From Nemertoderma westbladi (taxonomy: Eukaryota > Animalia > Xenacoelomorpha): a DNA stretch of 39,569 nucleotides. Positions 1 through 10,539 of the stretch are shown one piece after another. Both the position numbers and the translations under genes were made by a program. The stretch lies in assembly GCA_032718475.1 (NCBI GenBank), contig JAUCBJ010005151.1, forward strand, positions 1-39,569, read 5' to 3'. The notes beneath the pieces are model-generated. The model saw only the letters and a list, made by a program, of their open reading frames with translations, was not told the DNA's origin and did no database searches. Position 1 is the first letter of the stretch; each line of letters begins with the position of its first letter.

Positions 1-99
1 ATTTTAAGTCGAAATGTAGATTGTGTTACATATTTAGAATCCTTGCACAGCCAGCTTTTTAATAATACTAACAAATAATTATAAGGGTGGAAAATAACT

Positions 100-1065
100 G
101 CGGTGTAACTGGTGCAAATTTTGCCGGAGACACTCTTTTCAAACGCTTGGGGGGGGGGGGGGGGTAGCACCCCCAAATGTAACCTCACATTTTTGTGTCT
201 CTGGACCCTAAATTTAGGTGAAAATTATTTTTTGTGCTACAAAACATCGTCTGGACTGTGTAAGAATAACCAAACCAAATATTTATAAAATTGGCCCCAA
301 ATGGCTCCGTAATGGACTAAAGTGCCTTTTTGCGCCAATATTTGTTCAAATTTGTCGAAATTTGGAATATAAGTTCAGAATAACCCTGCATCAAATTCTT
401 CTGAACAAATTTTTCCTCAAATGCTCTGGACCCTTTTTAGAACAAAAGGCCACAAAAAGGGTTTTTTGGGCCTTTTTGATATGAAAAGGCTCCAGGGCAT
501 TTCCAACCAAATTTGTTCAGAAGAAGTATGGAGAAAGGTATTCTTAACAAGTGGACCAAATTTAAACTCATTTCAGTTAAAATTAGCGGAGAAATAGTAT
601 TTTTCATGAAAAAACGTCATTCTGAGATTCTGATACCATTTTTCTATGTTATAAATAGTAAAGGTTATATGTTATGGTTATGTTATATGGTTGACAATAA
701 CTTTGTCAAAAATGAATGAAATTCAACGAAATTTTTCATGCTTGCTAAACATATAACTAGTAAAATAACTTTCTAACAATTGTATTCATATTTGTACCGT
801 GAGAGCCTTTTTTATGAAAGGGCCCCGTACAATTGTAAACTATAGTGCTGCTCGAAGGCTTTTCGAAAATCAGAATAGATCTTACGTTTTGGGTAAGAGT
901 GCAGATTTGAAATCTCCATTAAATTCGGCACATGATAGAATAAAAACTTTTTTGTCAATTTCCAAAATAGGGGGGTGCTACCCCCCCCCCCCCCCCCCTT
1001 TTAAGATTTGTAGAAAAATTTGGGGGGCGGGGGAGTGTCACTGAATTACGACACTATATTCCAGG
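100..1065. mobile_element. Probable non-autonomous DNA-transposon-like dispersed repeat
   Basis: Sub-terminal inverted motifs G-run-TAGCACCCCC (~150-175) and GGGGGTGCTA-C-run (~970-998). Both ends (GTAACTGGTGCA...ACACTC...AAACGCT and TTAAGATTTGTAGAAAA...GACACTATATTCCAGG) recur joined together at 7175-7370. No coding potential seen; exact termini and TSD not resolved. Confidence 0.45.
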
Positions 1066-1730
1066 TGTTGTAAAGTTGTTAAATAATCATAAAGATATTA
1101 AATAAATAATAATCCCGTGTTAAATAAATAGATATGTTCTGGAATGATTTCACGACATGGGTTCCCATTGATTACCATTAAAGGCCCTACATCTGGTTCT
1201 CAAGTGATATTACGTGCTAAGAGGCCGTTTGATTTGTACAATATTTTTATATGGGAGACATAATACCCCAACTACATCACTACCTGTAGCGCTGTAGGGT
1301 ACAGTAGGTAATTATTTAATATCGAAATTTTTGTGGCAAAAGCGAGGACACCGTGCCCCCCACGGACTCGCCCCCAGTCCGGTTCCTAATTCTCTGTCAT
1401 GTGTGGAATACATAATGGAGACAAGCTTGGCAGCCGAGAGCTGGCAATACTGGACGGATCCATTATCTGTCGGATCGCTATCAATATTGTTGTTGTAATA
1501 ATTCACGCGCCTATGCAGGACAGCCTAATAACGAAAAACGCAAAACGAAACATTGGGCAAAGTACACAATAGTAATTATAATGTATGTTAAAAAAAAACA
1601 CAGTTTGTAGGAAATGTATCATGGTCTATAATTCTGAACGAAATAAAGCGGAATTTTGTGGAAAGCATGTCCAATGATGCTCCCTATGGGGTGTCGACAA
1701 ACACACAAACAAACACGGGTGAGAAACATG

Positions 1731-3132
1731 ACATCCAACTTGGATCCGTCCAACATCCAACTTGGATCCGTCCAACATCCAACTTAGATCCGTCCAACAT
1801 CCAACTTGGATCCGTCCAACATCCAACTTGGATCCGTCCAACATCCAACGTGGATCCATCCAACATCCAACTTGGATCCGTCCAACATCCAACTTGGATC
1901 CGTCCAACATCCAACTTGGATCCGTCCAACATCCAACTTGGATCCGTCCAACATCAAACTTGGATCCGTCCAACATCCACCTTGGATCCGTCCAACATCC
2001 AACTTGGATCCGTCCAACATCCAACTTGGATCCGCCCAACATCCAACTTGGATCCGTCCAAAATCCAACTTGGATCCGTCGAACATCAAATTTGGATCCG
2101 TCCAACATCCACCTTGGATCCGTCCAACATCCAACTTGGATCCGTCCAACATCCAACTTGGATCCGTCCAACATCCAACTTGGATCCGTCCAACATCCAA
2201 CTTGGATCCGTCCAACATCCAACGTGGATCCATCCAACTTGGATCCGTCCAACATCCAACTTGGATCCTTCCAACATCCAACTTGGATCCGTCCAACATC
2301 CAACTTGGATCCGTCCAAAATCCAACTTGGATCCGTCCAACATCCAACTTGGATCCGTCCAACATCCAACGTGGATCCATCCAACATCCAACTTGGATCC
2401 GTCCAACATCCAACTTGGATCCGTCCAACATCCAACTTGGATCCGTCCAACATCCAACTTGGATCCGTCCAAAATCCAACTTGGATCCGTCCAACATCCA
2501 ACTTGGATCCGTCCAACATCCAACTTGGATCCGTCCAACATCCAACTTGGATCCGTCCAACATCCAACTTGGATCCGTCCAACATACAACTTGGATCCGT
2601 CCAACATCCATCTTGGATCCGTCCAACATCCAACTTGGATCCGTCGAACATCCAACTTGGATCCGTCCAACATCCAACTTGGATCCGTCCAACATCCAAC
2701 TTGGATCCGTCCAACATCCAACTTGGATCCGTCCAACATCCAACTTGGATCCGTCCAACATCCAACTTGGATCCGTCCAACATCCAATTTGGATCCGTCC
2801 AACATCCAACTTGGATCCGTCCAACATCGAACTTGGATCCGTCTAACATCGAACTTGGATCCGTCCAACATCCAACTTGGATCCGTCCAACATCCAACTT
2901 GGATCCGTCCAACATCCAACTTGGATCCGTCCAACATCCAACTTGGATCCGTCCAACATCCAACTTGGATCCGTCCAACATCCAACTTGGATCCGTCCAA
3001 CATCCAACTTGGATCCGTCCAACATCCAACTTGGATCCGTCCAACATCCAACTTGGATCCGTCCAACATCCACCTTGGATCCGTCCAACATCCAACTTGG
3101 ATCCGTCCAACATCCACCTTGGATCCGTCCAA
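1731..3132. repeat. 22-bp tandem satellite (ACATCCAACTTGGATCCGTCCA)n, about 63 copies
   Basis: Directly visible, highly homogeneous array. Each unit has a BamHI site and an ATCCAA-C-TTGGAT hairpin; one shortened unit near 2221-2240. It produces the overlapping ORFs in all six frames. Confidence 0.98.
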
Positions 3133-3845
3133 TAATATCCCATTCATCTGGACTTTGTGTGCACGGTATTTCAAGAATTGCTAATTTTTTTATAAATGTT
3201 ATAGAACAGGGGTAGCTATCACTGATTTCTCATGACTTGCTTTTTTATTTGTCTCGCTATGCTCGCCAAATAATAACGCTCGACAAAAAAGTCTACTTTT
3301 TTTGCCACCACTTAAATAGTTATTAATTCATTAAATTTGTTGCGCCTCCTTAGTACTCTGCGCCCAGGGGCATTGTCCCCATCATCCCTTTGACCGCCCG
3401 TGCCAATCAGCGGGTCGCGACCTTCTACATTGCGTGAGCAAACCTCGCAGGTAAGTTAACAAGTCGGACAGATCGGTGGAACCCAGGTGGAATCTATAGT
3501 AGAGAGTCTGCGAGAAGATGACCCACTATCTAACGACTTCGGGAAGGGTTGTGGTCAGTGGTGTAAAGAGATGGACATCTTTATACGCCGCCTAGCAGAC
3601 ACATTTTGCCATATGCAGGGCGTGGCGGGGCTTCTAAACCCATAATTGTTTAAAATTTGTAAGTCGTAATTTAATAATAGTTAAACTGAATATTAAAATA
3701 CTAAAATTTTACTTAATAGTATGGTTAGATGCTGCAAGCACAATATGTATTACCGGTAAATAGTCGCTAATTTAGCTTTAATCGCTTTCCATCAGCAATC
3801 GTTTCGTAAAAAAATTAAACCTGTTAGCTGTTCACATTAACCAAC

Positions 3846-4266
3846 CTTTTCCTTACTCTCCGGATACTTGAGCAACTCCTCACCGACTCTGTTCCTAAGC
3901 TCCCCCTTTAGAGCCGCTATCTGTTGGACCAGCTGCTCCTCTCTCTCCCCAAACTGGTCCCCATTGACCTTCAGACTGGTATTCTCACCCTCCAGTTGCC
4001 GGATGTACGCCGTCAGGTTGTTTATTATCGCTATTAGTTCGCGTTCCTGTAACCGCCCGTCGGTTACCGTTGTCGCTTCGCCCCCGCTAACCTCCCGCCG
4101 TCTAGGACTCCTCCTACGTTTACTCGTCTCCGTATCCTCTGGGTAGTTTAGAGACTCCCTCAGCCCTCTATCGGCCGTCTCGTAAATCCCCTGGGACTGT
4201 CTCTCTACTGGTTCGTCTGCGTCGTACTGCACAATGTCCTTCAACATATCGATGGAACGATTCGCC
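3846..4266 (-). CDS. Possible coding exon (coiled-coil-like peptide) of an unidentified spliced gene, or a TE ORF1/gag fragment
   Basis: GC-richer island inside ORF 3837-4331. Acceptor-like ...tctcctgcaaatattccag before 4266 and donor-like AAG|GTTGGT after 3846. Peptide has a basic RRRSPRRR patch and heptad-like LIAIINNLTAYIRQLEGEN...LVQQIAALKGEL. No family recognised. Confidence 0.35.
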
Positions 4267-4419
4267 CTGGAATATTTGCAGGAGACAAATTTGTTTCGGT
4301 TCCCAATAAATAGTACATTACGACCGGACACTAAGGAATGATTTTCTAGTTATCACCACAATCGTACCCAATATGTTTACTAATGACTTTAATGAATACT
4401 AAAACTTTATTATAATGGT

Positions 4420-4860
4420 ACAATTTCCGATTCACTTGACGTGATATGTGGAGTTACCACAAGGGTCTGTCCTTGGTCTTGGACCAATTTTATACATAAA
4501 ATATATCAATGGATTTGTTAATATATACTAGCTTTAAATCTCAATAAGACAAAATATATAATGTTCACTATGAAGCTACTTAATTAAAAAAACACAGGGA
4601 TCGAAATTTATTGGCAAAAAATTTACAGTGCTGAAAATATAAAATTTCTTGATGTTCACCTTCAATCACATTTCTCATTGCACTTACATTATACAGCATC
4701 TTCGACCATTGTATAAAAATTTCGAAAAATGTGGGTTAAATAAATCAGATCAATCATTTTGTTCCGATACAAATTAGAAAGCTCCTATATAACACATTGA
4801 TTGATTGAGCCTTGCATATCGTATGCATCACCTGTAACATCTGGGGTAATTGTAAAATGG
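4420..4860 (+). mobile_element. Degenerate L2/CR1-type LINE reverse transcriptase fragment
   Basis: Frameshifted motifs readable by eye: CGV/PQGSVLG..PIL.IKYIN, IKFLDVHLQSHFS, KLLYNTLI..P..SY..IWGN. Confidence 0.65.
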
Positions 4861-5779
4861 ATGAAAGCAACAAGAGCAAGAAGATTAAATTATTGACCCC
4901 CAGCTGTTATCCTGCTGGAGCTATACCTGTAAGCCCCCAAACACAATAATTCCAAAAGTGATACCGGTACTAATAACCAATGCGATACCGATAGTAAGTA
5001 AGTATATTTTATTGTACCGGTACCGTGTGACTGGTACTGGTAGTACCGGTTCCGTAACCGAAGTAAATTCCATTGTATATCGTTCGCGTATGGACCTACT
5101 GACCTACTTACCTGTCACGTAATGTTTTCTTATAATCTGTCAATGTTGTCGTGAAAGCTTCATCTTGCCCGGTACCCATTCTATAATCTGGCAGTAAGGG
5201 TTGGGCTGTTGGGTATTGGGGTACCGGTAAGGTCTAATTGTCAGTTCGTACACTTTTCAATTCAAGAAAAAAGAGAAGCGAAAAAACGGTGAGCGGTGAG
5301 GTGCGCAATGAGTCTGTCAGTTAGGCCTATATTGGGAATTTATCCGTTACAGATACACTTACACATTCCAACTTTGAATTGGAACCGCTACCGGTACTGC
5401 ACTGTGCAGCTGTGTGGAGTGGAATTGCAGGTACGAACCGATGCTCAAATGCAGAAATGCGATCGTTAGCCGGTAGGATATACCAATATGCCTACAAACG
5501 TACCGGTACGTTGGCCATATAAATAAACAAATATGCGTATCACTACAGGTAAACCAAGGCCTACTACAGTACCGGTACTAGAAGTAAACCTCAAAACCAG
5601 CAACGGTATACTGGTATAAGTACCGGTACCGGTAAGTAAGAGCTGACATAATGATGGAGTACCTATCAGGCAGTCAGGTTACCACCAGAATTCATAACAT
5701 CTGCAACTGTTGTGTTTACAATTGTTACCCAGCAACGCTTCCAGATCATCCTCTGTGAAATCATCGTTACAAGGAGTCG

Positions 5780-6230
5780 CTGTTATTTTGTTGAGATTAG
5801 GTTAAGCGAGTCAATCCTCAAATGTGACAATATTTCAAATACAATACGTCGAGTTATGTCAGAAAAGTGTGATGCTAAAAATTGTTGTATAAAACAATTT
5901 GGGAGGCTGACGCTCTAACCATTCCGCTAGCGGCTCGGGGAAAAGGTACCTGGAAATACTACCTGATGCCTTGTATGTCCGCAATTTATGTCCCCCCTTT
6001 TTGGTTAGAAAAGACCACCACATTCTGAAAGAATACAATAGAATGCTGTTGTGCTGATCCATCTACGTGAGATCTAAAGACACACTGGGATCTAAAGTAT
6101 CCCGCAATACTGCTGAATACTTATCAAACAAAACTTCGAGGTACATCACTTTATAATTTAATAATGGTAATACAAATCTAATGCCCAATCGCATACTAAA
6201 GTCACATATTTTCTCATGTCATCATACTGT
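5780..6230 (-). mobile_element. Highly decayed CR1/L2-type LINE RT C-terminal fragment
   Basis: Minus-strand remnants resembling YxDD, GI.LD..L.FRSHVD, KLRTYKA and WLERQ in the expected order, with many frameshifts. Confidence 0.4.
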
Positions 6231-6952
6231 AATTGATTCCAACTGCATGCCACTGTTTGTTTAGAAGCCCGTTACTATGACGAGTGCAATTAATTATAAT
6301 ATAAATTAGTGGACAAATTTCGGTTGCTATGGAAACTAAAATTGTTAACTATGATTGTTACGTGCGTTATTATGAGTGCATAGCAGTTCAGTCAATGTAA
6401 TCATTTGGAGTAAGGTTTGATTGAATCAAATTTAGGGAAAATCCCACCAGTTATTGTTGCTGAGTAAAGTCCATGTTGCTAAGGAAATACTGTAAACGTG
6501 AAATTGAGAGTGTTAATATGGGCAGATTTTTTGTAGCGTGGGATTTTCGTCATCTACACACATCGCCGATAATCACATAAATATGTTGCTACTGTATATA
6601 ATTTGCGTTGGTGACTCAGTAGTTCTCCAGTACTAAATGTAAGTAGCAACGGTTGAAACAATGTACCCGTAACGGTATGATAAGCTTACTTAGTCCAGAT
6701 CAAAAGCTCAACGAATGAATACTTTATCTTTACGTACTGTACTGTACATAAATTTTTGCCTTTAAATTTTTTTAAGTGTTTGAAAAAGTTCATTTTTGTG
6801 CTATTTGCACCCCTCGTATCAAGGCCTATTCACACTACTGTAAGCCGCTATTTGTATATATCATTGCAATGTTTGCGTCACAATGTCTGAGTTTCGTAGT
6901 TCAGCTGAAATAAAGTACAGTATATAAAAATGAAATTATCGATTTATAAGAA

Positions 6953-7068
6953 AATACGGAGAATATCATTCCGAAATAAAAGAGAATGAAATTGCCGCAG
7001 CTAATGGGACAAAGTTCACAACGAAAGACGCCAATCATGATGATTCAGAAATATCGTTGGCTAAAGAG
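6953..7068 (+). pseudogene. Truncated third paralog of the FReD gene (internal fragment of the fibrinogen domain)
   Basis: Reads YGEYHSEIKENEIAAANGTKFTTKDANHDDSEISLAKE, colinear with YGAYYIMGIAVNEMAAANGKKFSTKDSDNDDSEDKSLAED in the 7656-9404 gene. Nucleotide match e.g. gccgcagctaatggga..aagttc.caacgaaagac. Flanks do not align. Confidence 0.85.
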
Positions 7069-7174
7069 CAGCGACACTATTACTACAGTACAAAGCCCAT
7101 ATCTCAGCTATGTCCCAACCAAATTAGAATTAAATCAAAGCAGTTCCAACAAATCACCTTTATGGTGAAAAAAT

Positions 7175-7370
7175 GCGGTTGTAACTGGTGCATTATCGAC
7201 GGAACACTCCTTTTTTTAAACGCTTTAGCTAAAGATTAAAAGCCCCAATTCTGGCTCACCCAGGAAGGTGAATCTATATTTATTTCAAAATTTCATGCGA
7301 TTTCATTAAGATTTGTAGAAAACTCTTTTGGGGGTGCCGGGTGCATGAAAAAGGACACTATATTCCAGGG
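7175..7370. mobile_element. Short internally deleted relative of the repeat at 100-1065
   Basis: 5' part matches ~100-148 and 3' part matches ~1000-1065 (TTAAGATTTGTAGAAAA...GGGGG...GACACTATATTCCAGG). Confidence 0.5.
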
Positions 7371-7655
7371 CATGGTCTATTAAAATTCAATATCATTTAT
7401 AACGGCTTCCTACAGAAAATGAGTGAAGTAATTATGTTAAGTCATTGATATTTATATTCATAAAATATAATTAAACCGGCCAGAATCGCACTTTTTCTTT
7501 TATTTGTGGTTTTTATCAAAACGGCATTAAAATAAAGATGTTGCACTAGGGAAACATAATATTCTGGAATAATTTTTAGTTCTTAATAAATTTAAAAACA
7601 TTTTGAAGTTTAATTCAAAGTAATACATAAATAGCCGTCTATATAGATTTTAGTT

Positions 7656-9404
7656 ATGGCGAAGTCAACGCGTAGTTCTGGAGTTTCTGAATATTTATCA
7701 GCGCGGTCGCATTTCTCTGAAACAACCTCTGTGGGAAGAATTCCAGTACAAGAGATGAGACGTGAAAGAAGACGAAGCATCAATTCAATTACCGGGGAAA
7801 CCAAAACAGAAGAAGATGACCGTCGAGAAAATATACGTTTGGTTCTTAATCTGGTGGTCGGGTTTGTTTTGTTGTCGCTTGTCATAACCATATTCGTGTT
7901 ATATCAAAACAATAAATCCGCTACCAATAGGGTAAAGATTTCTGGGACATCGATAAACTCTACCACTGATCATCATTCTACAATATCTACCACGATACCA
8001 AACAATACCACCACTGTTCCTATACATGTAACGGAAGTTGAAAACGTCAGTGAATGGAATGTGATATCATCAACACCCCCACCCACCACTATAACACCCC
8101 CACCCACCTCTATAACTCCCCCACCCACCACTATAACACCCCCACCCACCACTATAACACCCCCACCCACCTCTATAACTCCCCCACCCACCACTATAAC
8201 ACCCCCACCCACCACTATAACACCCCCACCCATCATCACTATAACTCCCCCACCCACTACTACTGCACACTCAGCTACCACTGCAACACTCCCACCCACT
8301 ACTACTGCACACTCAGCTACCACTGCAACACCCCCACCCACCACTACTGCACACTCAGCTACCACTGCAACACCCCCACCCACCACTACTGCACACTCAA
8401 CTACCACTGCAACACCCCCACCCGCTACTACTGCACACTCAACTACCACTGCAACACCCCCACCCACCACTACTGCACACTCAACTACCACTGCAACACC
8501 CCCACCCCCCACTACTGCACACTCAGCTACCACTGCAACACACCCACTCACCACTACTGCACACTCAGCTACCACTGCAACACCCCCACCCACCACTACT
8601 GCACACTCAGCTACCACTGCAACACCCCCACCCACCACTACTGCACACTCAGCTACCACTGCAACACACCCACCCACCACTACTGCACACTCAGCTACCA
8701 CTGCAACACCCCCACCCACCACTACTGCACACTCAGCTACCACTGCAACACCTCCACCCCCCACTACTGCACACTCAGCTACCACAACAGCAAAAGCAGC
8801 CTTATTCCCATGTCACAATATTAGCAATCAATATGCAGTGACATCGACTAATTATGGTCATTTACAAAAGAAACTGACCTGTCAGGGCTCTACAATCTTA
8901 ATACAGTCTCGAGAGCGCTCCTCTGCCATTAATTTCAATAGAAATTGGACGGATTATCAAGAAGGATTTGGGAACACCAGTAGTGGGTACTGGGTCGGTT
9001 TAGAAACAATACATTGGCTAACAACACATTGGGAATGTGATCTACAGATTAAAAATATGGAAGTGGATGATCTTAGCGCAGTATATACGAATGTAACCAT
9101 AGATTCAAAAGAAAATAAATACACGTTTAGATACGGGGCATATTATATCATGGGAATAGCTGTTAATGAAATGGCCGCAGCTAATGGGAAAAAGTTCTCA
9201 ACGAAAGACTCCGATAACGATGATTCTGAGGACAAATCGTTGGCTGAAGATCGGACCGGCGGTTGGTGGCATACAAAGGAGTCGAGAACAAACCTCAACG
9301 GGGATTATAGTTCTAATAGTGAAGACAATAAAATATATTGGGGCGGTAGAACAGTTAATATATCGATTGAAATTTCAATTGCTGAGACTGGTACTTATAA
9401 TTAG
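7656..9404 (+). CDS. Type II membrane protein with mucin-like Thr/Pro stalk and C-terminal fibrinogen-related domain (FReD paralog 1), 582 aa, intronless
   Basis: ATG-to-TAG ORF. Charged N-terminal tail, TM LVLNLVVGFVLLSLVITIFVLY, TITPPPT and TTAHSATTATPPPT repeats. FReD motifs FNRNWTDYQEGFG, YWVGLETIHWLT, FSTKDSDND, GGWW, NLNG. Confidence 0.92.
   Translation: MAKSTRSSGVSEYLSARSHFSETTSVGRIPVQEMRRERRRSINSITGETKTEEDDRRENIRLVLNLVVGFVLLSLVITIFVLYQNNKSATNRVKISGTSINSTTDHHSTISTTIPNNTTTVPIHVTEVENVSEWNVISSTPPPTTITPPPTSITPPPTTITPPPTTITPPPTSITPPPTTITPPPTTITPPPIITITPPPTTTAHSATTATLPPTTTAHSATTATPPPTTTAHSATTATPPPTTTAHSTTTATPPPATTAHSTTTATPPPTTTAHSTTTATPPPPTTAHSATTATHPLTTTAHSATTATPPPTTTAHSATTATPPPTTTAHSATTATHPPTTTAHSATTATPPPTTTAHSATTATPPPPTTAHSATTTAKAALFPCHNISNQYAVTSTNYGHLQKKLTCQGSTILIQSRERSSAINFNRNWTDYQEGFGNTSSGYWVGLETIHWLTTHWECDLQIKNMEVDDLSAVYTNVTIDSKENKYTFRYGAYYIMGIAVNEMAAANGKKFSTKDSDNDDSEDKSLAEDRTGGWWHTKESRTNLNGDYSSNSEDNKIYWGGRTVNISIEISIAETGTYN
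8072..8790 (+). repeat. Coding minisatellites of the stalk: 21-bp unit (T/S-ITPPPT) x ~8, then 42-bp unit (TTAHSATTATPPPT) x ~13
   Basis: Visible in DNA and protein. Paralog 2 has fewer copies of both units. Confidence 0.95.
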
Positions 9405-10477
9405 AGTTAATTAACACCATATACTACAATTGCGGAGACTGGTACTTATAATTAGAGTTAATTAACACCATATACTGCAATTGTAATAATAATAATGATA
9501 GTTGTGATGATTTGTAACGTAACTGACGCAACTTTTAGTGATTATAATCTTCAAATTATTTTATTTCTATTATATTTACTGTCACTACAAATTAGATTTT
9601 ATTCTAAAGTCCAATTCCACGAATATTGCCCCCCCCCCCCAATCTATGTAATATTGTTGCTACGACGATGTTCCATAAACCAACATTTTTTATAATCGAT
9701 TCCAAAATTTCAAACTATAAACTGAAAGTTTCGAATTAAATTTCGCAGCTCAATTTATAATTTTAATATTTCTACTTTCCACTCAACACAAATACATTGC
9801 GATATTTACGTTTATTACAAAAATACGAGTAAATATGAACTCAAATAAAATGTACGTAAAATCATAAGATTCCTAAAGTTACAAAGGAGTATAATTAGTC
9901 CATCTGTGAGGAAGTGAATACAAACTGAAAGTATATTTATTTCCCAGTGGCCTGTATGACGGAACAGTAACCGTGGCGATTGTTTGTGATTTGTCCCGAC
10001 ATTGAATGGAGTTTCATTGTGTCCGTATCGGAGTCTGGGGGCGTCAATAGAGATTGCGGGAGAGTTGAAGGTGCGCCACCCTGCGGCCTACCGGCGAACT
10101 GAATTCTCGGTAGGTTTGAGTTGTAAACGCCCGCAAAGGGTCCCTTAGACGAAGAACTGTCCAACACTTGTTTTCTCCTTGATCGTTGGTGGTTTCTAGA
10201 ATTTGGTTTTTCGCCGGTGGGTACCTATTGCGCTCGGCTTCCATAGCAACGGACACTCGATCCTGATTGGTTGAATCGCAGCTCGGGCGTTTTCGCGAAG
10301 CAGCCAATCGGAAGGAGGAGTTTTAGTCGACCTTATGGGTGAGTTTGTTTGCGTTGCTAGGATACCAATGGTAATACGGCAATTCTGGGTCATTGGTCAC
10401 CTCGCTACAAAAAAACATATAGAAGTTTAATACTTTAAAAGCAAAACGTAACCTCTATTGGGAGACGGGCAGGACAT
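8085..10477 (+). repeat. Segmental duplication copy 1 (stalk, FReD and ~1.1 kb 3' flank); copy 2 at ~36860-38968
   Basis: Near-identical sequence: 8821 aligns with 37321 (offset 28500). Similarity resumes briefly at ~11310-11355 vs ~38978-39020. Confidence 0.95.
9384..9483 (+). repeat. ~51-bp tandem duplication spanning the stop codon, specific to paralog 1
   Basis: gagactggtacttataattagagttaattaacaccatatact(a/g)caattg occurs twice here and once in paralog 2. Confidence 0.9.
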
Positions 10478-10539
10478 GCAGACACAATTTGCAATTGTAT
10501 TATTCTAGAATATAGTCATCTGATATAAGATTATGTGGT

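Noticed and set aside
1626-3215. Long ORFs (up to 508 aa) in all six frames; possible CRISPR array
   Set aside because: By-product of a stop-free 22-bp satellite; no unique spacers, no cas genes, eukaryotic context.
7973-8824. Antisense Val/Gly-rich ORF and shifted-frame His/Cys-rich ORF (also 36485-37341)
   Set aside because: Shadows of the stalk minisatellite of the real FReD genes.
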